13,195 nucleotides of DNA from Candidatus Pacearchaeota archaeon (GCA_050124795.1 JASFEO010000023.1:1-13195), one strand, 5' to 3'; positions 1-7,910 are shown, numbered from the stretch's first letter. Notes: generated by a model not told the origin, from the sequence alone. Made by a program: numbers and translations.

Positions 1-58
1 ATGAATGACCTTTGTTTTTTAGTTTAAAAAATTCTTTTCGGATTAATTCTTTTTTCAT
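1..58 (-). CDS. N-terminus of a CDS running off the left edge (MKKELIRKEFFKLKNKGHS...), possibly an HTH/transposase-like protein
   Basis: ATG at 58-56 opens a minus-strand frame that reaches the window edge. Only 19 codons are visible, so the product call is a weak resemblance. Confidence 0.4.
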   Translation of the reverse strand, partial: MKKELIRKEFFKLKNKGHS

Positions 59-192
59 CAATTTCGCAGGATTTCACCTGCGAACTAATTTTCGGTTCCT
101 TACGACATATGTCTCTTCTGAACACACGCCAAAACCTCACCGAACAATTTAAATACCCTTATTTTAATAAATTATTAAACTAAATCATTAGT

Positions 193-204
193 AAAAGTTT
201 AAAA
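193..204 (+). promoter_or_regulatory. Putative BRE/TATA promoter of the 23S rRNA gene
   Basis: AAAAG-TTTAAAA lies ~28 nt upstream of a structured leader (hairpin ctcatta...taatgag, 232-278) and the processing stem. Confidence 0.55.
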
Positions 205-344
205 TCGTAAAACAAAAAATTTACAATCATGCTCATTACGAGAATGGCACAATACCGACGGTAATGTGTCATAATGAGAACTTTATGTTCAATGAAATAA
301 GTAAGCGGAAAAATCCCACTCTAAACATGATAATGTTTAGACAA

Positions 345-372
345 GATTAATTCTCAGTAGGAAATTATACTA
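345..372 (+). other. 5' arm of the 23S processing stem (pairs with 4959-4984), with a relaxed bulge-helix-bulge motif
   Basis: gattaattctcag pairs with ctgagaattgatt. The central gaaa/tttt helix has TTA bulges (365-367, 4968-4970), and the inner helix is tacta/tagta. Confidence 0.6.
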
Positions 373-1638
373 TTAATTTATACTATTAGACGGATAGCTT
401 GGTTTTGGTGATGATGAAAGACGTGGCAAGCGACGAAATGTCTCGGGGAATCGCATGCAGGTTTTGATCCGAGAATCTCTTAATTACGTCGAGAGACGAA
501 GTCACTCCGGGAATTGAAACATCTTAGTACCGGAAGGAAGAGAAAATAAAAATTATTCCCCTATTAGCAGAGAGCGAAAAGGGAACAGGGCAAGCTGAAT
601 CTGCTTGAGAAATTGAGTTAGAGATGTGGTGAGGAAAATCTAAGGAATTGAGAAAAAGTTTTCTGGAACGATAACACCGTAGAGGGTGATAGTCCCGTAT
701 TTGAAAATTCTATGATGGAACTTAAAAAGAGTAGGGCTTCCTGGATTGGAGGTCTGAATACGCGAGGATTAACTCGCAACCCTAAATACAACCAAAGTCC
801 GATAGCGCACTAGTACCGCGAGGGAAAGCTGAAAAGTACTCTTAACAGAGGGTTAAAAGACTTGAAATCTAATAGTTACAGTTTGTTACTGGTCTTTTTG
901 CGTTTAGCAAAAAAGGTTTGTAACGTACGTTTTGAAAAACGGGCCAGGGAATTTGTCTATATGGCGAGGCTAATCAACTATGTTGAGTAACCAAAGCGAA
1001 AGCAAGTGTGAAAGCGCGTTAGTCTTATGGATAAGACCTGAAGCCGGATGATCTATTTATGGGCAAGCTGAAGTCTTTCGAAAGGAGGATGGAGGGCTGA
1101 ACCGGTGTTGTGGACATGCACTCGAATGACCTGTGAATAGGGGTGAAAAGCCTATCTAATTCGGCAATGGCTGGTTCCTGCTGAAATATGCCTACGTATA
1201 GTCTTGTCTATGGTTGTTAACGGCGTAAAGTACGGATGGATTTTGCAGGGGCTAATGCTTACGGAAATCTTTCCAACTCAGAATCTGTTGACTCCTTAGG
1301 ACAAGAAACAGCGTCAGTATGTAAGATACTGTCACGAGACCCGAACAAGGGAGACTGAAGTTAAGGTCCCAAAATTTATGCTAAGTGTATCGAACGGTGT
1401 TTTGAACCTGAGACACTGGGGATGTAAGCCCAGAAGCAGCTATCATTTAAAGAAAGCGTAACAGCTCACCCATCGAGGTTCAGAGCCCGGAAAATGGACG
1501 GGGCTAAAGCATAATACCGACACTTCAGAGGCATTCGTTTTAAAATATTATGTTGAGGAATTTTTGATAAATGCTCACTTGAGTTCGCAGTTTAATTTAT
1601 TAGATTAGCGACGAGAAAAAATGAGCAAATTTATAATC

Positions 1639-1652
1639 AAAAGTTTTATATA
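1639..1652 (+). promoter_or_regulatory. BRE/TATA promoter of the TA operon inside the insertion
   Basis: AAAAG-TTTTATATA lies ~25-28 nt upstream of ATG 1676, the geometry expected for a leaderless transcript. Confidence 0.6.
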
Positions 1653-1675
1653 GATTGGAAACTATAGTAAACTCT

Positions 1676-1876
1676 ATGGAAATGCAAGCTAGTAATCAGG
1701 AAATGTTGTCTATGATTTTGAAACTTCAAGAAAGAGTTGATAAATTGCAGCAAGATTTTGAAGATGACCAACTTAGTGCCGATGACATTGAAGCTTTGAA
1801 AAAAGCTGAAGAGGAATATAAAAATGGCGAGACAATTTCTCTTGAAGACCTTGAAAAGGAATTAGGAATGAACTAA
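1676..1876 (+). CDS. Antitoxin (RelB-like, acidic) of a type II TA pair
   Basis: Small acidic protein with a typical C-terminus (EALKKAEEEYKNGETISLEDLEKELG), separated by 1 nt from the downstream RelE-like toxin gene. ATG 1676 is preferred over TTG 1655 because of TATA spacing. Confidence 0.8.
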   Translation: MEMQASNQEMLSMILKLQERVDKLQQDFEDDQLSADDIEALKKAEEEYKNGETISLEDLEKELGMN

Positions 1877-1877
1877 A

Positions 1878-2135
1878 ATGTTCAGAATCGAACTTTCAAA
1901 GCAAGCTTCAAGATTCTTAAGAAAATGCGACAAAGAATTGCGAATTAGAATTATTAAGAAATTGAAATTACTGCGAACAGAACCTTTTCCGTCAGATAGT
2001 AAAAGACTTCAAAATTATAACAAACCAACTTCAAGAGTCAGAGTTGGAAAATACAGAATTATTTATGAAGTTAATTACGACTGCAAAGTAATTCTTGTTT
2101 CTAAAATTGACAAGCGTTCAAAAGTTTATGATTAG
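1878..2135 (+). CDS. relE: RelE/ParE (StbE) family toxin
   Basis: 85-aa basic protein with family motifs IELSKQA.RFLRK, P...KRL, SRVRVGKYRIIYEV and C-terminal IDKRSKVY. Confidence 0.88.
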   Translation: MFRIELSKQASRFLRKCDKELRIRIIKKLKLLRTEPFPSDSKRLQNYNKPTSRVRVGKYRIIYEVNYDCKVILVSKIDKRSKVYD

Positions 2136-2150
2136 TTCTTAAAATAAAAC

Positions 2151-2202
2151 TTTCAAAATCATTAATTTCTCACAAAATTATGTGGGAGAAAAATTTGAAA
2201 TT
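2151..2202. repeat. Internal back-to-back copy of the insertion's terminal arms (cassette junction palindrome)
   Basis: 2151-2181 resembles the right arm (aatttctcacaaaattat vs atttttctcaacataatat). 2177-2199 attatgtgggagaaaaatttgaa resembles the reverse complement of the right arm (attatgttgagaaaaattgaa) and the left arm. Confidence 0.6.
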
Positions 2203-2313
2203 AATTTGTTACTCTTATTTAGAGATAACAAAATAGAAACATTTAAATACTTTGGATGTCTTGAAATATCAACTTGCATTGAAACAAATATAGGTGTAAG
2301 GAGGTAAACAAAG

Positions 2314-2607
2314 ATGACAGAATATAAACCAATAAAAAATTTAATAGGACAAATAAAGGAAAAAGGTTTGAAAGAGGGAATTAAAAGTTCTCTCGAAAAA
2401 GATGTGGTAGAAACTTTAAGGAGACACCCAAAAATGATACCTTATCTTCTTGGTACAGCAATGTTACTTAACGAACCTAAACCTGAAGAAGAAGTTTATG
2501 TAAATCATTTAGAAATAGATGATGGAGAGCATCAATTGTGGAGAACAGGTTTGGTCAGAAAATCACTAGCTGAGGCTAATGGTTGGAATTATTGTAGACC
2601 AAGATAA
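2314..2607 (+). CDS. Hypothetical protein (97 aa) inside the 23S insertion
   Basis: Strong SD aaggaggt (2298-2305), TATA tttaaata (2242-2249) and a T-rich tract after the stop. No family recognised. Confidence 0.75.
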   Translation: MTEYKPIKNLIGQIKEKGLKEGIKSSLEKDVVETLRRHPKMIPYLLGTAMLLNEPKPEEEVYVNHLEIDDGEHQLWRTGLVRKSLAEANGWNYCRPR

Positions 2608-3402
2608 TCTTTATTTTTTATTTTACAAATTTTTTTAATTCATACTCATCTCGCGTTAGCGAGATTTCATTTCATATTCAATTTTTCTCAACATAATATA
2701 CAGAATGTTCTGGTAAGCAGGCGTGGAAAATGCGCAGAACGCTTTTTGAGAAAAAGGCTGGAGCGTTTTCCAATGAGAATCCTGGTAATAGTAGGATGTG
2801 ATTATACTGAGAATGTATAAGGTCGTAAGGGCAAGGTTTCCTCAGCAATATATTTTAGCTGAGGGTTAGTCAGGACCTAAGTTGTGTCTTAACCGAGCAC
2901 GACGATGGACAAAATGTTAATATTCATTTACTGACTTGTTTTTATATAATATGTTTCGCTTTCGGATAGGCGTGCACTCAATAGGGTGTTTTTTTCGAGA
3001 ATCTCGTCGAGGGTAATCCTAAGACGCGAGAGAATCTAAGATTTATCGTTGATTCCAAGAGCCAGTGAAAAGTGCATATTCTTAAATAAGTCACCTGTAC
3101 CCATAACCGACACTGGTGCCCTGGCTTAGTAGGCCAAGACCTGTAAGGTAAAACCAATTAAGGGAATTCGGCAATCTGGTCCTGTAGCTTCGGCTTAAGG
3201 GATGTCTATTTTTGTGTGCTTAGTAATTCGTGTGCATTAATAGATCTCAGTAACAAGGACGGCCCGACTGTTTACCAAAAACGTAGCCAAGTGCTAATCG
3301 GAAACGACGTGTATACTTGGTGAGACCTGCTCAGTGGTGGTGTGTCAAACTCTTTTTCAAGGGAGCTAAGCCCCATTAAACAGCGGGGGTAACTATGACC
3401 CT

Positions 3403-4021
3403 CAATTTAGGGGGCTCTGTCCCCTAAATTGCATTTAATTATATTAATGCAATATTAAAAGGACAGAGAAAAAATTTGGCTATATGCTGGAAACTCTTGG
3501 TAGGTCTTTGGTACTCGTTGATAAATTTAAATTTATCTTCAGTAAAAATCCAAAGAATAGAGACAATCAGCAGGAAAGATTAGAATTGTTAATTACTTTA
3601 GAAAAGTGACAAAACAAAAAGTTTTTAAACTTTAATTTTTTGAATTTGTTATGATAAGAAATCTAAACGCAGAAATTCTTGCTATGGAATATGGTTTTTT
3701 TATAAAAGCTAAAGAAAGCTATGATAGAGATACAAGTGTTGATAGGGCAAATAGTAGACAGAATCTACTTGATACTATTGAATCTTGTAAAAAATCTATT
3801 TCAAGAAAGAAATTTCCAAATCTTTATGGAGATTTAGAAGAAGCAGAAAGTGAAGCAAATCGATTCTAGAATCCTCAGAGACTATACGCCAAACATGATC
3901 TAAATTGCAAAATCATGATGATATAGTCCGATCTGCATGGAGACATGCAGAGATTAACTCGCGTTAATCCGCCGTCGATAGACGGTCAGTAACATTTACA
4001 AAATGTGAAAGTAACAGTTTG
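3403..4021 (+). ncRNA. Group I intron at 23S position 1923 (E. coli numbering), IB-like core
   Basis: The 5' exon ends in U (gaccct|, 3402), which forms the U.G pair with the IGS (agggggc, 3409-3415). The intron ends at omega-G 4021 and the exon resumes cttaaggtagcg. Core elements: P tgctggaaa (3485), Q aatcagcagg (3565), R tcagagactat (3875), S atatagtcc (3921). P9 hairpins at 3933-3950, 3952-3969 and 3972-3985. Confidence 0.93.
3651..3869 (+). CDS. Intron-borne hypothetical protein (72 aa) in the P6 loop; no homing endonuclease motif
   Basis: The ORF lies between the Q and R elements, and its stop overlaps P6'. It is preceded by BRE/TATA aaaaagtttttaaac (3616-3630). No LAGLIDADG, GIY-YIG or HNH motif is visible. 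Confidence 0.65.
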   Translation: MIRNLNAEILAMEYGFFIKAKESYDRDTSVDRANSRQNLLDTIESCKKSISRKKFPNLYGDLEEAESEANRF

Positions 4022-5072
4022 CTTAAGGTAGCGTAATACCTTGTCATCTGAATGGTGACTTGCATGAATGGTTTAACGAGGTTGTTGCTGTCCCTAATTG
4101 GAGCCTTCTGAAAATACTCTCTGGTGCACAGGCCAGAGACGCCTAGTGGGAAGCAAAGACCTTGTGGAACTTTACTGCAACTTGTTGTTGTGAACTTAAG
4201 CGAAACGCATAGCATAGGTAGGAGCGTCGAAGCAGTCATTTCGGTGGCTGTGGAGCAACCTTGTAATACTACCCATTTTGTTTAAGCTTGCTTATGGTTT
4301 ACCAGACAGCAGCAGGCGGGCAGTTTGACTGGGGTGGTGCCCAGCCGAAAAGATATCGGTTGGACCCAAAGACAGACTCACCTAGCTTGGAAATCTAGGG
4401 TTGAGTGCGAGGGCAAAAGTCTGTCTGACTGTATTCCGAACAGTAACGAATGCAGGATGGAAACATGGGCCTAGTGAACCCACGTGCTTTTTTAATAGAA
4501 GCCGTGTCTGATAGAAAAGTTACCCCAAGGATAATAAGCTGGTCGCCCCCGATAGTCCGAATTGACGGGGCGGTTTGGTATTTCGCTGTCGGCTTTCCCT
4601 ATCCTGGTTGTGCAGAAGCAACCAAGGGTGTCGGAGTTCACGCATTAAAAGGGATCATTAGCTGGGTTAAGAACGTCGCGAGACAGTTTGTATGATATCT
4701 ACTAGGTGTGTTATTGTCTGAGTGGAACGATCTTCTAGTACGAGAGGAACGGGGGTCGGATGCCTCTGGTGAGCAGTTGTCAAATGGCAGGCTGCATAGC
4801 TACGCATTGTATGGATAAGAGCTGAATGCATCTAAGCTCGAAGCCATTCGCAAAACGAGACAATTAAGGCCGCAAAAGAAGATTGCGTTGATAGAGTTCT
4901 TGTGTACGCACGAAGGTTCGCCGACGTGTTCAGCATAGAACTACTAAAAGCTTCAATTTAGTATTTTTTACCTGAGAATTGATTTTGTGAAAGGAGTAAC
5001 TTGTTAATTTATTGATTAGTTATTTTTGGGATTTTTTTCGCTTGCTTATTTTTTTGTTTTTTTCTTAAATTT

Positions 5073-6041
5073 TTAATAACAATAACCATCCTCTCCGATA
5101 AACATATTTGGTTCAGGACAGCAAAGATAATCTGAATTAGTCGCTTCATACCAACCTTCCTCACATTCAGAGGTAGTCCTAAAAAAGTTTATTTCAGAAC
5201 AATCTCCCTGAAATTCTCCATTAGAATAAATATTGTTTAAACAATTGACATATTTTTCTTGAACTTCTTTTTGATATTGACAATAATTATATGGAAACAT
5301 AATATCTTCTGCATAACTCCAGTCTGCGTAACCATAGTAAGGATCAAAGTAGGGCTCGTAAGAATGATCAAAACCAAATGAATGAAACACTTCATGAATC
5401 TCTTTTGAAGGAAAAGTGCAGGTTGTAAATTTTTCAAAACCTTGATATAAATTAACTTCTCCTCTTATGATAAGATTTTCACTATTATTTGTTATCCCCC
5501 CTTCTCCCAAAACATCGTAATCAAAATTAAAACCAACTTCATTTAAATTAATTGAACATAATTTATATGTTTTATTTTGTTCTGTTTGATTAATTCTTGC
5601 AGCAGAAATAAATCTTTTTTCTTCCCGATCCAAAAATCCTTCATACCAATTAATTGATGTTGGATTCCCCTGAACTACAACTTCTTCACAATTTGTCAAC
5701 TCACTAATTAAAAAATCCCTATCAATACAATTAACTTGTAAATCTCCTTCTTCATTTGTTTCAATAAAACTTACTTTCCCTTCTGTTAAATTTTCTATTA
5801 TACTTATTCCTTTAAGAAAATGATTAATTTGAACTTCTGAACACCCTAAATTATTGAAGCTATAAGTCAAGGGCATATGTGTCCAGTGTAGTTCCTGAAT
5901 ATTAAAAAAATCATCCTGAATTTTATTTTTTAAATCTACTTTTAACTCATGATTCTCACTTGGATTTGAAGGTAAAAAAATCCAAATTAAAAATAATAAA
6001 AATCCAATAAAAATTAACATGTTTCTCCATTCCCTATTCAT
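5073..6041 (-). CDS. Membrane-anchored zinc metalloprotease, matrixin/metzincin family
   Basis: Zinc motif HEVFHSFGFDH (HExxHxxGxxH), Met-turn DIMFP, N-terminal TM helix and a Cys-rich C-terminus. Confidence 0.85.
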   Translation of the reverse strand: MNREWRNMLIFIGFLLFLIWIFLPSNPSENHELKVDLKNKIQDDFFNIQELHWTHMPLTYSFNNLGCSEVQINHFLKGISIIENLTEGKVSFIETNEEGDLQVNCIDRDFLISELTNCEEVVVQGNPTSINWYEGFLDREEKRFISAARINQTEQNKTYKLCSINLNEVGFNFDYDVLGEGGITNNSENLIIRGEVNLYQGFEKFTTCTFPSKEIHEVFHSFGFDHSYEPYFDPYYGYADWSYAEDIMFPYNYCQYQKEVQEKYVNCLNNIYSNGEFQGDCSEINFFRTTSECEEGWYEATNSDYLCCPEPNMFIGEDGYCY

Positions 6042-6128
6042 AATCTTCTTGATAAATCAATCATTTAATTATTTTGTCCCTTGCACTGAAATAGAAGCAA
6101 TTCTTTTTTGTTTGCTTATTTTTTGTTT

Positions 6129-6386
6129 TTAAAATATAAACTTACTCTTTCTTTGTTTTGATTTTTTCACTCTCTTTTTATTGCCAAGAAAATCTTCTCT
6201 TAATTCAGATTTGGCATTTGGAATCTTTCTGCCAACAACAAAACCAAAAGTATTTTTTCTAGGAACCATCTTCTTTCCTAAATTACCTGAAGGCTTCCAC
6301 TCTTTAGAACAATTATTGCATTTCATTCTTTCATTTGCAATTGCAAAAGTATTTATGTTATTACACCTAGGACATTTAATTCCCAT
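6129..6386 (-). CDS. Small basic zinc-ribbon protein
   Basis: CPRC...CNNC motif followed by a Lys/Arg-rich tail. Confidence 0.7.
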   Translation of the reverse strand: MGIKCPRCNNINTFAIANERMKCNNCSKEWKPSGNLGKKMVPRKNTFGFVVGRKIPNAKSELREDFLGNKKRVKKSKQRKSKFIF

Positions 6387-6499
6387 AATTAATTATAGAA
6401 ATTATTAAATAAAAACCTTCCTATTTCCTCTCCCTATTTTTTCCAATAATTCTCTTCTTCACAAGAACATAATAAGCTATTCCTCTGACGAGAACAATT

Positions 6500-6776
6500 G
6501 CGCATCTTACAAACCACAAGTAATCTTTTTTAATTATTCCTGTAGCGAGAAAGACAATTGCAATTACAATAAAATCCAGACTAAGTTTTCATCTTTTGTT
6601 TTATTTTTCATTCTTCTTTGTTTTCTTCCCCTGAGATTTCATTCTTCTCATTCCAATTAGCATATAAAGACATCCTAAACCAAGAAAGACAATTCCTAAT
6701 GAGCGATTTACATTAGTCATGAAAACAACTGAAAATCCTATAAAACAAATACTCTCCTTGCTCTTTTTTCATCCAT
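6500..6776 (-). pseudogene. Frameshifted remnants of one or two small membrane-protein genes
   Basis: MDEKRARRVFVL* starts just after the upstream stop. Other frames give ICFIGFSVVFMTNVNRSLGIVFLGLGCLYMLIGMRRMK and IVIAIVFLATGIIKK. Confidence 0.45.
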
Positions 6777-6777
6777 T

Positions 6778-6933
6778 TTATTTCTTCAAAGGAACAAAAT
6801 AAACAAACCAGCTAAACCAGACAACCCAAACTGCCATCCACCAGTCATGCTGGACAATTCCATTCAGACCCTGAAAACCCAAGAAACCTAGAAAGCCAAG
6901 CATCCAGTTATCCCTCATTTTTTTCTTTTTCAT
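6778..6933 (-). CDS. Small membrane protein (51 aa), missing from the ORF track
   Basis: MKKKKMRDNWMLGFLGFLGFQGLNGIVQHDWWMAVWVVWFSWFVYFVPLKK*. It starts 2 nt after the upstream stop with a gagga SD and has two hydrophobic segments. Confidence 0.75.
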   Translation of the reverse strand: MKKKKMRDNWMLGFLGFLGFQGLNGIVQHDWWMAVWVVWFSWFVYFVPLKK

Positions 6934-6935
6934 TT

Positions 6936-7310
6936 TTATCCTCTAAAAATATAATATGCAACTAACCCCAACAAAACTAAAATTCCTGAAATAATTGTAA
7001 GGATTAATTTTATTTTTCTTTCTTTTTTTGAAAGTTGTTTCCAGCACTTTTGATTTTTTTTCCAATCTTTTTTATGACTTAATCCAAGAATTATATAAGC
7101 CAGACCTAAAAAAATAAACATCATTCCAATGAAATTTTCAGGAGCAAGAATCTGAAACACAATTCCAAACGGCAGCCAGATAAGTCCAATCACAAAAAAA
7201 GCAAAATAATCAGTCCTGTGTTTTTGACCTTTTTTAAAAATAACCGCGAGAACTAAAAGTAATATAATTAAAATTCCTACTGAAACCAAAATCCATGGAA
7301 ACGCTGACAT
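6936..7310 (-). CDS. Membrane protein with about four TM helices
   Basis: Alternating hydrophobic helices and basic loops, with a TATA-like element ~25 nt upstream. Confidence 0.85.
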   Translation of the reverse strand: MSAFPWILVSVGILIILLLVLAVIFKKGQKHRTDYFAFFVIGLIWLPFGIVFQILAPENFIGMMFIFLGLAYIILGLSHKKDWKKNQKCWKQLSKKERKIKLILTIISGILVLLGLVAYYIFRG

Positions 7311-7478
7311 AATTATATCAGGAAATCACTAGTTAAAAGTTTTTCGAAAATCCTTTTCAGATATCTAATACAAACATTTAAAACTCCTTGTTTTCTCGTT
7401 TTATCAGACTGTTAGGAAAGGTAAGAAGAATTCGAACTGTTTCTAAGGTTGAAGATGAATGTAAGGAGGAAAAGTAAG

Positions 7479-7868
7479 ATGAAGTTGTATGTAGGAAATC
7501 TCCCTTTTGCGGTTGATGATGAAAAGTTGCGAGAACTTTTTGCTTCGTATGGAGAAATTGAAGAAGCTAATGTAATTGTCAATAAGTTTAACAACAGAAG
7601 CAAGGGATTTGGTTTTGTGACTTTCAAGGATGACGCAAGTGCTAAAAAAGCAATTGAAGAAATGAATGAAAAAGAAGTCGAAGGAAGACCAATCAAGGTT
7701 AATGAAGCAAAGCCGTTTGACCCTGATGCGCCAAGACCAAGAAGAAATTTCAACAATCGAGGCGGCGGACGAAGATTTGGCGGGCAAAACCGAGGACCAA
7801 AAAATTTCAATAGAGACAGAGACGATAGACCTCGTGAAAACAGAGATATCACTGCTCAGCCAAACTAA
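7479..7868 (+). CDS. RRM (RNP-1) RNA-binding protein with an Arg/Gly-rich tail
   Basis: RNP2 KLYVGNL and RNP1 KGFGFVTF. An SD aggagga lies upstream of ATG 7479. Confidence 0.93.
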   Translation: MKLYVGNLPFAVDDEKLRELFASYGEIEEANVIVNKFNNRSKGFGFVTFKDDASAKKAIEEMNEKEVEGRPIKVNEAKPFDPDAPRPRRNFNNRGGGRRFGGQNRGPKNFNRDRDDRPRENRDITAQPN

Positions 7869-7885
7869 ATTTAGTTTGGGGAAAA

Positions 7886-7910
7886 TTTTTATTTTTTATT
7901 TTTTATTTTA
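7886..7910 (+). terminator. Oligo-T terminator after the RRM gene
   Basis: Repeated T5-T6 tracts just downstream of the stop. Confidence 0.5.

Larger units (their letters stand above)
1537..2702 (+). mobile_element. Intervening sequence/insertion in 23S helix 45 carrying three protein genes
   Basis: rRNA sequence stops after accgacacttcagaggcattc and resumes at gaatgttctggtaagcaggcgt, which is the position of E. coli helix 45. The termini pair: atattatgttgaggaa (1545-1560) with tttctcaacataatat (2684-2699). Confidence 0.88.
372..4958 (+). rRNA. rrl: 23S (LSU) rRNA, archaeal type, interrupted. Exons ~372-1536, ~2703-3402 and 4022-~4958 (~2.8 kb joined)
   Basis: Conserved LSU motifs are present: gaattgaaacatcttagtacc (511), agtaccgcgagggaaag (812), H69 gggggtaactatgaccct/cttaaggtagcg, P-loop gactggggtgg (4327), PTC ggataa (4529) and sarcin-ricin loop agtacgagaggaac (4737). 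The ends are approximate. Confidence 0.97.

Noticed and set aside
1649..1678. Short tatag/ctata inverted repeats as a TA operator
   Set aside because: Only 4-5 bp arms in AT-rich DNA, and the antitoxin shows no obvious DNA-binding domain.
1537..2702. Group I/II intron or classical IS as the identity of the helix-45 insert
   Set aside because: No P7/R-S core, no group II domain V, and no transposase or target-site duplication seen.
3964..4239. 91-aa minus-strand ORF
   Set aside because: Antisense to the intron 3' end and conserved 23S sequence, so it is spurious.
4450..4695. 81-aa plus-strand ORF
   Set aside because: Lies wholly within 23S domain V.
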